Source: a virus
Taxonomy: Duplodnaviria > Caudoviricetes
Reading direction: 5' to 3' (one strand)
Virus record (IMG/VR): IMGVR_UViG_3300049004_000016
Coordinates: 51,286 to 115,285 of that record
DNA length: 64,000 nucleotides
Position numbers and translations under genes: made by a program. Shown here one piece after another: positions 30,201 through 40,065 of this stretch. The notes beneath the pieces were generated by a model that was not told where the DNA came from, did not search any database, and worked only from the letters and a program-made list of their open reading frames with translations. Within the stretch, counting starts at the first letter, position 1, and each line of letters opens with the position of its first letter.

Positions 30201-30511
30201 CCGGTCTCGCTGAGGGCATCGCCGCGACCACCAAGGTGGCCACCGGTGCGGCAACCAAGCTGGCCCAGGACGTCACCAAGGCAGCGCAGGGCACGACGGT
30301 GGGTGGCCTGGCAGTCGGCTCCGGTGGTGCCGGCGCGATGTTCGCCCTTGGTGGTGCTGGTGCTGCCGGTGCCGGTGGGGGAGTGAATATCCACCTCAAC
30401 GTCGCGGGCAGCGTGTGGTCCACCGGTGACCTGGTGAAGGAAGTCCAGCAAGCGATGCTGCGCCACGGCATCCGCAATAACAATCCCGGAATCAATTACG
30501 CCTACGCCTGA
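27296..30511 (+). CDS. tape measure protein
   Basis: 1071 aa Ala-rich helical; TP901-type core, W-periodic repeats, LGISSPSKLF. Confidence 0.95.
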   Translation: MGACRVMQLDELYILMRLDNQQVNAGFVESGAAGDAMAVQVATAMKEIEASVAKVAESTRMVTTAGDEMAVAWERDIAAMRAETATLAEGMAAAEAKATASTAEMSAAMDAQAAKSSGLAGALGVSNAALMGAGVVAAGAGIEFAKMAGDFNMATTRLVTSAGETQSNLQMVRDGILAMAGSVGYSSDELAAAMYKVESGGQHGAAALKVLQAAAQGAKAENADLTTVSDALTSAMVDYKVPADQAATVTSKLVAATSQGKMTFEELASSMSAILPVASANHVSLDDILGDLASMTVHGMSAQQATQNLADAIRHMAAPTQVQAKELASLGMNATEVSKSLGAQGLSGTINEISNRITSQMGPDGMVVLNLTNALKGMSPAVQDLGAKVLDGSMSMKDFTASAKGMDVINAKQVTSFAALAGTMHGIGTEAKSGADVYQTYSQAMQRAMGDATGMNVALMIGGENATTTANAIKVVSGATADASGNVKGFAEIQQEFNFKLAAAKDGLGALAISIGEKLLPVLTPLVGMLATGATWLANHQAAATTLAFIIGGVLVVGLVAATVATWTWFSALMATNLALIGIEAPLWIVIGVVAALGFIVYEVIQHWQGVADFFKGLWKDVVAVFDGAKNLILAPIHAIEGAWDSFVGGFTNPAAKLADSVKGFDRFFLDMGASVKRGFDAVLKFFTQSPAQMAFELGQGLGKATRAVVDFVTSLPQKMGNLEHFLVQKGKDLLTGMLHGIEDGGKAVGSFFMALPGNAVRWVGNAESWLVQKGKDALIGMWHGAEDGAQAVWDFMKALPGHVIDFFVAAPSWLYDAGANILKGLWNGFTGFVGTVYDGIKNFISNFISGFMSGFAMSSPSQVMMNIGGNIIQGLWNGVVERWNAFWGWVGGIPGWIGNIFSNSASWLINAGYNIVVGLWNGIASGWSWLSGQVSNLASSLLATAKGALGISSPSKLFATEVGAWIAPGLAEGIAATTKVATGAATKLAQDVTKAAQGTTVGGLAVGSGGAGAMFALGGAGAAGAGGGVNIHLNVAGSVWSTGDLVKEVQQAMLRHGIRNNNPGINYAYA

Positions 30512-30558
30512 CCATTCCAGGCCCTGGTTCCCGTTACTGATAGAGGAGTCGATTCACC

Positions 30559-30942
30559 ATGCCCATTATTCACCTGGGTAATTCCCAGGCCGTCCATCAC
30601 GTGGTCGGTGCGTCCGGGGAGGCGGAGCGGACACCACTGGAAGGCGACCAGGTCACGGAAATCAACCTGCCGGACGGGGTGTACACGCTGCGGGAGCAGA
30701 TCCGCACGGTCACCCACCGCGATGGGATTTGGCCCGCGCATTCCGACGCTGACCGCCCCTCGTGGGTCCACTGCTCGGACCCCGAGCTGGAGGCCGCGCT
30801 GATGGATCACTGGGGGTGCCGTGCCGGCGGCCCGGATGACTTCATGCACCGGCTCGATGAGCTGCACCTGGTGCCGCGCCGTGACCAGGCGTCGTCCGAG
30901 CTGACCGAGGGTCCCGGCAGTAGCGAAGGGGGCGATGCGTGA
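30559..30942 (+). CDS. hypothetical protein
   Basis: GAGGAG SD; coupled to the next gene. Confidence 0.6.
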   Translation: MPIIHLGNSQAVHHVVGASGEAERTPLEGDQVTEINLPDGVYTLREQIRTVTHRDGIWPAHSDADRPSWVHCSDPELEAALMDHWGCRAGGPDDFMHRLDELHLVPRRDQASSELTEGPGSSEGGDA

Positions 30943-31571
30943 TGCGCGTTAACAAGGGCGCTGACATGCAGAGCGCTGAGATCGGTGGTGGTGTCTATGG
31001 GATCGGTGGCACCGCTACCGCCACCTCGGCGACCAGCCTGACCGCTACTGGCACACCGTTCGTGGCCAGCGCGCTGATCGGTCAGATCGTGGCGGCCGGT
31101 TCCGTCTACGGCGTGATCCTGTCCAACACCACCTCGGTGTTGACCATCGACCAGTGGTACAACCCGGCCAGCCCGAACTCCACACCAGGCTCCACTCCTA
31201 GCTCCACCGTTGTGTACTCGGTGCTGCCTGGTGCGGCCCCTGCGATGTTCATGGCGATCACTACCGACGCTGCCGCCGCATCGGCCACGGACACGGTCTT
31301 GGCGTCTGAGGGCTCCACTGCGGGGTCCGGGATGCTGCGCAAGCCTGGGACGTACGCCCACACCACCAGCGCCACCAGCTACACGATGGCGGTCACGTAC
31401 ACCTACACCAGCACCGACAACGGGACAACTCGGGTGTTCGCCAAGATCGGCATGTTCAACAGTGTTGTTCCGGTCACCGGGATTATGCAGTTTGAGACGC
31501 TGATGAACTTCACCGCTTCCCTGTCGATTACTGGTGACGCGGTCACGGTCACCCAGACCGTCACCGAATAA
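30939..31571 (+). CDS. minor tail / structural protein
   Basis: Thr/Ser-rich; DTVLASE...IGMFN pattern of tail proteins. Confidence 0.65.
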   Translation: MMRVNKGADMQSAEIGGGVYGIGGTATATSATSLTATGTPFVASALIGQIVAAGSVYGVILSNTTSVLTIDQWYNPASPNSTPGSTPSSTVVYSVLPGAAPAMFMAITTDAAAASATDTVLASEGSTAGSGMLRKPGTYAHTTSATSYTMAVTYTYTSTDNGTTRVFAKIGMFNSVVPVTGIMQFETLMNFTASLSITGDAVTVTQTVTE

Positions 31572-31584
31572 GGGGGCTCGCTGA

Positions 31585-32133
31585 ATGAGCCTCCAAACGT
31601 GGGGCGAGACCCTGATCTCCTCCCAGGTCGATGGCACAGCAGTCACTGGCACGACTGCTGCTGCTGTTGAGCCACCCGCAGCGCGCTTCACTCTCCCGGC
31701 GAACTTCTTTGTGCCCGGCAAGGTGCTGCGTGTCAATGCGTGGGGTCGGATCTCAAACATCGTTACCACGCCCGGCACTCTGACTCTTGATGTTCGTTTC
31801 AATACGTCCTCGGTGGTATTCAACGGTGGCGCGGTCAGTCTTAACGTGGTGGCGAAAACGAACGTGGCATGGCGGCTGATCATGATGCTCACGTGCCGCA
31901 CCATCGGCAATGGCACAGTCGCTACGTTACTTGGGCAGGGTGATTTCACCTCAGAGTCTGTGGTGGGGTCGGCTGCCGGTATCGCTAATGACGCAATGTT
32001 GCCTGCGTCGGCCCCGGTGGTCGGTACTGGTTTCGACTCGACGGTTGCCCAGACCGTGGATTTGTTCGCCACGTTCTCGTTGACGGGTAACAGTCTCACG
32101 TCACACCAGTACACGTTGGAATCAATGAACTAG
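31585..32133 (+). CDS. virion structural protein
   Basis: Beta-rich, in tail block. Confidence 0.6.
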   Translation: MSLQTWGETLISSQVDGTAVTGTTAAAVEPPAARFTLPANFFVPGKVLRVNAWGRISNIVTTPGTLTLDVRFNTSSVVFNGGAVSLNVVAKTNVAWRLIMMLTCRTIGNGTVATLLGQGDFTSESVVGSAAGIANDAMLPASAPVVGTGFDSTVAQTVDLFATFSLTGNSLTSHQYTLESMN

Positions 32134-32151
32134 CGATGGGGCGAGTTTGCT

Positions 32152-35100
32152 ATGCCGATTCGTCTTGACGTAGCAAGCTCGCCCGCCTCGATCAAAGTCG
32201 CCGGGGTAGGACCCACCGCCACTTCCGGGTCATTCACACCCAAAGCCGGTCAAACGGTCGTAGTGATGGCAGCGGCAGGGTGGTGTGCTACTCCCCCCGT
32301 ATCCATTGCGTGTAGTGACTCCGGCGGCCATACGTGGCTCACCCCACCGGGGGCCACAGCAACGGGCGTCACTACTAACAATGGTGGTTGCGCGCAACTG
32401 TTTTACTGCTATTTCCCGGTGTCCCCGGGGGCTATTACCGTCACGCTCACCTACACAGGGTTGAGCACTGGCGGCGGAATGTTCGCGGACATTCTACTGA
32501 TGTACGGCGCCAACCCGGTACAAAACGGTGCCACTGCTAGCAGTGTTGTGGGTTCGCCGGGTAGCGCCGCCGGTACCGTCTCGATCACGCCCCAGTTCTT
32601 GCGGTCGTGGATTTTCGGGGTGTCGGATAACACATCCAACGGCACGAGCACGTGGACAGCTTTCAACGCCAACACGGTCTCTGACGTCAACTGGGTTGAT
32701 GCCACTGACGGCATTATTGCGGTCGCTTGGGTCAACACAGCGGATCTCCCGCCCGGCACCGCGTTCACCATGGGTGGTACGTGGTCGACCGCCACTGTCG
32801 CATCGAATAACGCGGCAATGGAGATGGTGCCCGCGCCTGATGTGGGAAAGACGGGTACTTCCTGGCACCCAGGGAAAGGCCCCAGCAAACGGGCACGGTT
32901 CTATAAGACTGCCCGTGATACGACCGCTGTGACGGCGTCCAACGTCAACCTGATCGCTGCTGTCAGCGACAACGCACCAGTGTCGGACACGGTCGCGGCC
33001 AGCGCGATCATCACCACCCGCGCGGTCTCCGACGTCGCCCCGGCGTCCGATGTGGTCGCCACGTCCGCAGTGGTGGTTTCCCGGACCTGCTCGGACACCG
33101 CCAGCGCCAGCGACGCTGTTGTCCGGTCCACGGTGGCCACCAGCAGGACGGTCACCGACACAGCGGCTGCCAGTGACGCGGTCACTCGTGGGGTCCAGGG
33201 CTTCACCCGTGGGGCCTCGGATTCGGCACCGGCGGTTGACGTGGTCGCCCGTGGGTCGGTTGTGGTGTCCCGGTCGGTCAGCGACACAGCGTCGGCGTCC
33301 GATTCCGTGGCGCGCGGCGTGGTGTCGGTGTCCCGCACCGTGGCCGATGCCGCACCAGCCAGCGACACGGTGGTGCGCTCGGTGGTGGTGCGGGCCCGCA
33401 CCGTCAGCGACACAGCGGCAGCGGTGGATGCGGTCACCCGCTCTGTGGTGGCCGTTTCCCGATCTGTCAGCGATGCGGCCAGCGCGGCTGATTCGGTCAC
33501 CCGCAGTGTGGTCGCCCCGGTGCGGGTGGTCGCGGATTCGGCGCCGGTATCCGATGCGGTCACGCGCGGACCGGTGTCGCCCACACGGACGCTCACCGAC
33601 AACGCACCGGCCGCTGACACGGTTAGCCGGGGGATCACGGTCGGTCGGGCAGCGGCTGACTCAGCGCCAGCTACCGACACCGTGGCCCGGTCGGCCCGGT
33701 CGTCAACACGGGTTGTCGCGGATACCGCCAGCGCGGCCGACAGTGTTGTGCGCGGTCTGGTGGTGGTGGCGAGGTCGGTCACTGACGCGGCCTCAGCGGT
33801 CGACTCAGTGGCGCGCGGTGCCAAGTCCAGCACCAGGACGGTGGCCGACCTCGCACCAGCGGCAGACGCGGTCACCAGGGTCCAGGTCCTGACTGGTCGT
33901 ACCGTGGCCGATTCGGCGCCCGCGTCGGATGTGGTCTCACGGGCACCCGTGGCGCGGGCTCGCACGGTGGCTGATGCGGCCTCAGCTAGCGATGTGGTGG
34001 CCCGTGGGTTGGTGGTGGTGTCCCGGTCGGTCGTTGACACGGCTGGGGCGGCAGACGCGGTCGCACGGGCAGCGGTCGTGGTGTCGCGGGCAGTGGTCGA
34101 CACGGCACCTGCGGTTGACGTGGTCACCGTGGTGGCTTCTCACCGCGCCGTGGTCACCGACGCTGCACCAGCGGCCGATGTGGTGGTGCGGGCAGCCCAG
34201 ACCAGCACCAGGGCTGTTGCTGACACTGCGACGGCCAGTGATGTGGTGGTTCGTGGGGTGGTGGTCCCGTCCAGGGTGGTCACCGACGCCGCACCAGCTA
34301 GCGATGTGGTGGCGCGCGCGGTTTTGTCTCTTACCCGCACGCTAAGCGACAACGCACCAGTCAGTGACGTGGTGGCCCGTTCGGTCACCTCGGTGTCCCG
34401 GACCGTCACGGACACCGCCCCGGCAGTCGATGTGGTCGCCCGCTCGACGGTGGCCGGCATCCGGGTCGCAGCCGACACGGCACCAGCCAGTGACGCTGTC
34501 GCTAAGGGCGTCCAGGCCCGCACCCGGACCGTGGCCGATACCGCACCGGCGTCGGACGTTGTTACACGGGCTGGTGTGGGTTTGCCCCGGACCGCCACCG
34601 ACAACGCACCTGTCAGCGATGCGGTCTCGAGGGCGCCCGTCGCGCGGGCACGGATCGTGTCGGATCTGGCGCCAGCCCTCGACACGGCCAGCCCAGGCAA
34701 CGTCACCGCGATAACCGACAGCGCACCAGCCAGCGATGTGGTGGCACGGTCACCGGTATCTCGGCAACGCACAGCCGCTGACACAGCGTCGGCCGCTGAC
34801 GTGGTGACCCGTGGGCCTCGCCTGTCGCTGCGCCTGGTGTCGGATACCGCGTTGGCCGCTGACGCGGTCACACACAACATCGCGGTCCTGCGGGCCTTGG
34901 CTGACTCCGCGCCAGCGTCCGACGTTGTCACACGGGCGTTCGGGTGGACCCGCACCGCCACAGATCTGGCCACCGCCAGCGACCTGGTGACCCGTGGGCT
35001 GATCAACGAAGGCCGCACCGCAGCCGACACCGCCCACGCGGTCGATGGCATCGCCGGTCGGTTCGTGTTGTTCGTGCGGACCGTCATCGACTCCGTACCC

Positions 35101-35346
35101 GTCAGTGACATCGCCACCAGCAGCGAAGTCGAAGTCGCTGCGGTGTGGCCACCGGCGGTACGCGGTGCGGTGATCACCGGCGCGATCGCGGCGACCAGCG
35201 CCACGGTGGCCAGCGCCATGACCGGCATCACCGGGATGGTCACCGGCCCCGCGTCAGGGGTCTCCGGGGTGGTGACGACTCCAGCGACTGCCACCGGTGG
35301 GTCGGTCACCTCCACCAGCACCGCGACCGGCGGGTCCGTCCACTAA
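32152..35346 (+). CDS. long repeat-containing tail fibre/adhesin-like protein
   Basis: N-terminal beta domain plus roughly 30 tandem ~22-aa repeats. Confidence 0.7.
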   Translation: MPIRLDVASSPASIKVAGVGPTATSGSFTPKAGQTVVVMAAAGWCATPPVSIACSDSGGHTWLTPPGATATGVTTNNGGCAQLFYCYFPVSPGAITVTLTYTGLSTGGGMFADILLMYGANPVQNGATASSVVGSPGSAAGTVSITPQFLRSWIFGVSDNTSNGTSTWTAFNANTVSDVNWVDATDGIIAVAWVNTADLPPGTAFTMGGTWSTATVASNNAAMEMVPAPDVGKTGTSWHPGKGPSKRARFYKTARDTTAVTASNVNLIAAVSDNAPVSDTVAASAIITTRAVSDVAPASDVVATSAVVVSRTCSDTASASDAVVRSTVATSRTVTDTAAASDAVTRGVQGFTRGASDSAPAVDVVARGSVVVSRSVSDTASASDSVARGVVSVSRTVADAAPASDTVVRSVVVRARTVSDTAAAVDAVTRSVVAVSRSVSDAASAADSVTRSVVAPVRVVADSAPVSDAVTRGPVSPTRTLTDNAPAADTVSRGITVGRAAADSAPATDTVARSARSSTRVVADTASAADSVVRGLVVVARSVTDAASAVDSVARGAKSSTRTVADLAPAADAVTRVQVLTGRTVADSAPASDVVSRAPVARARTVADAASASDVVARGLVVVSRSVVDTAGAADAVARAAVVVSRAVVDTAPAVDVVTVVASHRAVVTDAAPAADVVVRAAQTSTRAVADTATASDVVVRGVVVPSRVVTDAAPASDVVARAVLSLTRTLSDNAPVSDVVARSVTSVSRTVTDTAPAVDVVARSTVAGIRVAADTAPASDAVAKGVQARTRTVADTAPASDVVTRAGVGLPRTATDNAPVSDAVSRAPVARARIVSDLAPALDTASPGNVTAITDSAPASDVVARSPVSRQRTAADTASAADVVTRGPRLSLRLVSDTALAADAVTHNIAVLRALADSAPASDVVTRAFGWTRTATDLATASDLVTRGLINEGRTAADTAHAVDGIAGRFVLFVRTVIDSVPVSDIATSSEVEVAAVWPPAVRGAVITGAIAATSATVASAMTGITGMVTGPASGVSGVVTTPATATGGSVTSTSTATGGSVH
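32965..35110 (+). repeat. degenerate ~66-bp coding tandem repeat (DxAPASDxVxR.....xRxVx)
   Basis: Periodicity visible in translation. Confidence 0.85.
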
Positions 35347-35356
35347 CTAAAGGGGG

Positions 35357-35752
35357 GTGGCCGTGGCGTTAATTGCCGCGTCGATTCTGCAACTGAACCT
35401 GAATTTCAAGCAGGGCGCGGACGCGCTGGTGGCCCTGACGGTGGTCGACGCCAACGGTGCACCGATCACCAACCCCACCGGCTACTCGGTACGCGCCCAG
35501 ATCCGGGTCACCCCCACCGGGCCGGTGTTGTTCGAGTGGAACACCACCCCCGGTGCCGGCATCGGCACCGCCACGATCACCTACACCGAGATGACCCAAA
35601 CCACGACCGTCGCCCTGGTCCTGACCAAAGCCCAGTCAGCGCTGTTCACGTGGGGTTCGGCGCTGTGGGACTGCGTGGTGACCAGCCCAGCCAACCAAAC
35701 CGCGTGCATCGCTGAGGGAACCGTGGCGATCGACCCAGCGATCACCTACTAG
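35357..35752 (+). CDS. BppU-N-like baseplate/tail protein
   Basis: FKQGAD...TGYSVRAQIR...WD...EGTV. Confidence 0.65.
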   Translation: MAVALIAASILQLNLNFKQGADALVALTVVDANGAPITNPTGYSVRAQIRVTPTGPVLFEWNTTPGAGIGTATITYTEMTQTTTVALVLTKAQSALFTWGSALWDCVVTSPANQTACIAEGTVAIDPAITY

Positions 35753-35761
35753 CCGGGGGAG

Positions 35762-38362
35762 GTGCCTGTGGCCACGGTCTTGGCTAACCCCAACTTCCCC
35801 ATCGGATCGTTTGAGGTGGACTTCGGGTCCGCGAACGGCCCCCCGGACACCCCCACCACCGCCCGGTTGAGCATCAACGCCGCGTACCGGCGGCTGGCCG
35901 TGCGGGAGTTCTCCGTCGACCGTGGCCGGCAGTACGAGCTCGACCAGATCCAGGCCGGGACGTTGGTCGCTAACGTGTTCGATCCCCTGGAGCTGTTCAA
36001 CGTCGCCAACGCGTCCAGCCCGTTCAACACCGGCGGCAACATCGTCACCCCGTACCGGCCGGTGTGGAACTGGTGGATGTGGCCTAACCAGCCGGGGTCC
36101 GGGAACATCATCAACACCGGTGTCCACACCGACTATGACCCCTCTTTCGAGCTGAACCCCGATAGCGCCCTCGGGTTGTGGGTCGCAGCCGGGGGCACCA
36201 CCACCCTCGCGCGGTCCACGGTGCAGCACTTCGACGGCACCCACGCACTGCTGATCACCCAGTCCGCTGCCGGTGCCGGGTTCGGGGCACAGAACACCTT
36301 CCGTACCGCCCCGGACCTGACCTACACGTTCTCCTGCTACGTGTTCCTCACCGCCCAGACCGGCCTGACGGTCACGGCGCGTGTCGTGGACGCCAACGGT
36401 GCAATCCACACTTCGACGTCCACGAGCACCCAAGGATCGTGGGTGCGTCTGTCGGTCACGTGGAACACCGTGGACACCTTGGAGCCGGTCACCGTCTATG
36501 GGACTGGTGTCGCGGCCCCGACGTTCTACCTCGACGCCACCATGTTGGAGTTCGGGGCAGCCGTCAGCACGTTCACCACGACCGGGCCGACCCTGTACGT
36601 CCTTTACTCGGGGTGGGTGGAGCGGTTCCCCACGACCTATGACATGTCGGGGTTCCGTGCCACCAGGCCCCTGGCTGCGGTGGATGCCCTCGCGATCCTG
36701 TCCCGGACCGCTGTCTCCCAGTCGTACACGGCAACGATCACCGCTGACGCCCCAGTGGCCTACGCACCGATGAGCAACAGCAAACCCGCCACCTCCGGTG
36801 GTGCGTTGTCCACCGGCAGCGAAACCGCGAAGATCACCGGCAGCAACATCACCGGTAACCCCATCTACCACCCGTCCGACTCGGGGACAATCAACTGGGG
36901 TGGCGACTCCCAACCAGACGGAACCACCTCCGTGGTCCTTCAACAAAACAACCCATACAACCCACCCAAGGTCGGTCACACGGTCGGCACCTACCCCGAT
37001 GAGCAACAAAGCGTGTTCGATGTGATCCCAGCCGGGATCACCGTGGCTAACACAGCCGCGACAATCGAAATGTGGGTGAAGTTCTCCCAAGGTGTTGTGC
37101 TGTTGATGCAGCTCCTTTCCACAGCGGTCCACGGTGGTGGATTGAACACCGAATTGGGGTTCTTCGCGTCCAATTCCCAGAACCATTTAGAGCTTTACAC
37201 CTCCGGCGGGAAACTCCTATTCCATATTGTGGATGCGGTAGCTGGGTACGCCAACCTGTTTGACGTCGCGAACTTCACCATTCCCGGTGCCGGGTTCCCT
37301 GATGAGCAATGGCATTACTACGCGATCACGTTCTACAGCGCATCGGGCTCGCCAGGTGTGGCGTTGACCTATGACGCTGTCGAAACCGACGTGGTCGCAC
37401 CCACAGGGGTCAGGAACTACGGGTTCACGAACCTGCACCACGAAGCGACCACAGACTACGGCGACACCCAGTCCCAGGCCAGCATCGCCCGTTTCGCGGT
37501 ATACAACCGGGACATCGGGGCCGCCGCGCGCCAAGCACACTTTCAGCGCGGCGTGGGGTGGATCAACGAGATCTCCGGGTCGCGGGTCGCCCGACTGCTG
37601 GGCCTGTACTGGGGTGGGGCCACGTCGGTCGCCCCTGGGGTGATGGCGTTAGCGCCGGACTTCGAGTACGACCCCGGCGACGGGTCCCAGGCCAGGGTAA
37701 TGCTCGACATACTCCAAGAGATCCAGGAGTCCGAGCGGGGTTTGGTGTACGCCGCGAAAGACGGCACGGTCGTATTTGAGGACCGCACCAGCCGGTACAC
37801 GGCAGGCCAGACCGCTTTGTGGGTGTTCGGGGAGAACCCCGCTGGGGCCAGCCCAGTGGAGTACCCCTATTTGGATTACGCCGAAGACGTCGATCCCACC
37901 TACACGTTCTCCCAGGCGAACTTGTCTCGCCCGGCGAACAATAACTTCGCGCCGATCGTCAATGCCGCGACCCAAGCGAAGTACGGGCAACGGATTCTGA
38001 CCCAAACGGTGCAGTGCAACACCGATGAGGATTTGACCCAGGCTGGGATCTTCTACACCAGCCGGTATGCCACGCCGCTGCCACGGATCGCGAAGCTGAC
38101 GCTTAACCCGGCAGCGAATCCGGTGTTGTGGCCGGTGGTGTTGTCCCTGGAGATCTCCCAGCGGGTCACGGTGAAGCGCCGCAACGCCGGGTTGACGGTG
38201 TCGCGGGACTACTACATCGAGAAGGTCTCTCACAAGGTCAACTCTGACGACGGCACCTGGATCGTTGATCTCCAATTGTCGCCGGTGTTCGTCACGTCAG
38301 CGTGGGTGCTGGCTGACGCCACTTACGGGGTGCTGGGGACCACGACCACGCCTGTCTACTAG
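35762..38362 (+). CDS. minor tail / hub protein with CBM- and LamG-like domains
   Basis: RGRQYELDQIQAG, DPSFE CBM-like, TIEMW...WHYYAITF LamG-like, ESERGLVY.AKDGTVVF. Confidence 0.8.
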   Translation: MPVATVLANPNFPIGSFEVDFGSANGPPDTPTTARLSINAAYRRLAVREFSVDRGRQYELDQIQAGTLVANVFDPLELFNVANASSPFNTGGNIVTPYRPVWNWWMWPNQPGSGNIINTGVHTDYDPSFELNPDSALGLWVAAGGTTTLARSTVQHFDGTHALLITQSAAGAGFGAQNTFRTAPDLTYTFSCYVFLTAQTGLTVTARVVDANGAIHTSTSTSTQGSWVRLSVTWNTVDTLEPVTVYGTGVAAPTFYLDATMLEFGAAVSTFTTTGPTLYVLYSGWVERFPTTYDMSGFRATRPLAAVDALAILSRTAVSQSYTATITADAPVAYAPMSNSKPATSGGALSTGSETAKITGSNITGNPIYHPSDSGTINWGGDSQPDGTTSVVLQQNNPYNPPKVGHTVGTYPDEQQSVFDVIPAGITVANTAATIEMWVKFSQGVVLLMQLLSTAVHGGGLNTELGFFASNSQNHLELYTSGGKLLFHIVDAVAGYANLFDVANFTIPGAGFPDEQWHYYAITFYSASGSPGVALTYDAVETDVVAPTGVRNYGFTNLHHEATTDYGDTQSQASIARFAVYNRDIGAAARQAHFQRGVGWINEISGSRVARLLGLYWGGATSVAPGVMALAPDFEYDPGDGSQARVMLDILQEIQESERGLVYAAKDGTVVFEDRTSRYTAGQTALWVFGENPAGASPVEYPYLDYAEDVDPTYTFSQANLSRPANNNFAPIVNAATQAKYGQRILTQTVQCNTDEDLTQAGIFYTSRYATPLPRIAKLTLNPAANPVLWPVVLSLEISQRVTVKRRNAGLTVSRDYYIEKVSHKVNSDDGTWIVDLQLSPVFVTSAWVLADATYGVLGTTTTPVY

Positions 38363-38368
38363 CTGGGG

Positions 38369-38935
38369 GTGCCGCCGGTGACCATGCCCACGTTCACTGA
38401 CGGCACCATTCCCACCGCAACGAACCTCAACGCCATCGCCACCGGCATCAACAACCTGGGGACCCTGCTCACTGGGATCGCCGCCACGAGGCAGTTCATT
38501 CCCTCAGCGTCCGCGTACATCAACACCACCCACCCGATCCCCACCTCAGCGGACACCATCGTCAGCTTCGACACCACCACCATCAACGACGACTACCTGT
38601 GGATTCCCTCCGTGGGCCACCACGTCGTCAACACCGCCGGGAACTACATCTGCTGGGCTCAAGTCAACTTCGACTACAACGCCACCGGCATCAGGGCCGC
38701 GCACCTCCTCCTCAACGGCACATCAGTGGGCTCCAACTCGATCGCCGCCGGGTCCGGTAACCCCGCCAACGTGGTCGGCAACATCGGCACCGCGTTCCTG
38801 TGCATCAGCCCACCACTGGCCCTGGCTGCCGGCGCCAACGTCTACCTGTCGGTGTTCCAAAGCTCCGGGGGGCCACTGAACCTGATCCCCAACGAGTCCG
38901 GGACGTCGCTGTCACTGATCAGGATCGGTGACTGA
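38369..38935 (+). CDS. tail tip protein paralog 1 (C1q/TNF-like jelly roll)
   Basis: MPTF...GxY..AQ..F...R...LNG pattern shared with next two genes. Confidence 0.7.
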   Translation: MPPVTMPTFTDGTIPTATNLNAIATGINNLGTLLTGIAATRQFIPSASAYINTTHPIPTSADTIVSFDTTTINDDYLWIPSVGHHVVNTAGNYICWAQVNFDYNATGIRAAHLLLNGTSVGSNSIAAGSGNPANVVGNIGTAFLCISPPLALAAGANVYLSVFQSSGGPLNLIPNESGTSLSLIRIGD

Positions 38936-39495
38936 TGACGACACCGATGCCCACGTTCGTTGATGCCACGATCGTCCACCAGTGGCAGCTCAACCGGCTC
39001 GCCAGCGGGATCTCGAACCTGTCCCTGCTGCTTAACGGGGCCGCCCCGCCGCGCACCTACATCCCGGCCGTGTCGGCGAACATCAACGCCTCACAGTCCA
39101 TCCCCAACGCAGTGGACACCACCGTCGTGTGGAACACCACCGGCATCAATAACGACGCCATGTGGGCTTCCGCGCTTGGGTCCCAACTGACCCTGCAAAC
39201 AGGTGGGGTGTACATCGCGCGGGCACAAACCCATTTCGCGGTCAACGCCACCGGCACCCGCGCCTGCCACATCCTGCTCAACGGGACCAACATCATCGCC
39301 AACTCGGTGGCGGTCACCGCAGTCAACGCAGTTGGGGTCAGTGCCGACACCCTTTTCACCGCCATGACCCCACCGATGCGCCTCGCCCCCGGTGCGACTT
39401 TGTACTTGTCGGTGTTCCAGAACTCCGGTGGAGCATTGAGCCTCATCACGACCCTTTCCGGGACGTCCCTGTCGCTGATTAGGATAGGGAACTAG
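38935..39495 (+). CDS. tail tip protein paralog 2
   Basis: Full-length similarity to paralogs 1 and 3. Confidence 0.7.
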   Translation: MTTPMPTFVDATIVHQWQLNRLASGISNLSLLLNGAAPPRTYIPAVSANINASQSIPNAVDTTVVWNTTGINNDAMWASALGSQLTLQTGGVYIARAQTHFAVNATGTRACHILLNGTNIIANSVAVTAVNAVGVSADTLFTAMTPPMRLAPGATLYLSVFQNSGGALSLITTLSGTSLSLIRIGN

Positions 39496-39498
39496 CCC

Positions 39499-40053
39499 AT
39501 GACGATGCCCACTTTCCTCGACGGTGTCCTAGTCCACGCCGTGTCCCTGACGTCCCTTTCATCAGGGGTGAACTCCCTCAACTCCCTGCTGACGGGTGCG
39601 GTCGCGCCCCGCGCCTATGTGCCCACCTCGACAGCCCACATCAACGCCCTGCAATCGATCGCGAACAACACCAACACTGTGGTGACTTGGGGCTCAGCTG
39701 GGCTCAACAACGACGCCATGTGGGCTTCCGGTTCGCCCACGTTGTTCACCGTCAAAACCGCTGGGGTTTACATCGCGTGGGCGCAAGCCCATTTCAGTGC
39801 CGCAGCCGGTGGGGTCCGTGCCTGTTACATACTCCTCAATGGCACCAATATCGCCACCAACACTGTGGCATCCGCGTTCCGTAACCCACTGAATGCCGGT
39901 GACGGCAACTTCTTTTGCTGCGTCACCCCACCGATGCAGCTCGCTGTCAATGCGACGTTGGCCGTCGCGGTGTATCAAAACACCGGCGGTTCTCTGAGCC
40001 TGGACAACACCGACTCCGGGGCGTTCATGGGAGTCACCCGTATCGGCAGCTAG
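39499..40053 (+). CDS. tail tip protein paralog 3
   Basis: Full-length similarity to paralogs 1 and 2. Confidence 0.7.
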   Translation: MTMPTFLDGVLVHAVSLTSLSSGVNSLNSLLTGAVAPRAYVPTSTAHINALQSIANNTNTVVTWGSAGLNNDAMWASGSPTLFTVKTAGVYIAWAQAHFSAAAGGVRACYILLNGTNIATNTVASAFRNPLNAGDGNFFCCVTPPMQLAVNATLAVAVYQNTGGSLSLDNTDSGAFMGVTRIGS

Positions 40054-40065
40054 GGAAGGACCTTT

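Noticed and set aside
32901-35321. Long reverse-strand ORFs (408 and 393 aa), and similar ones opposite dpdA, scaffold and minor tail genes
   Set aside because: Antisense shadows typical of high-GC coding DNA, with no SD or domain motifs.
38369-40053. Diversity-generating retroelement or invertible tail cassette
   Set aside because: No reverse transcriptase or recombinase and no adenine-specific TR/VR pair; the paralogs are diverged throughout and all on one strand.
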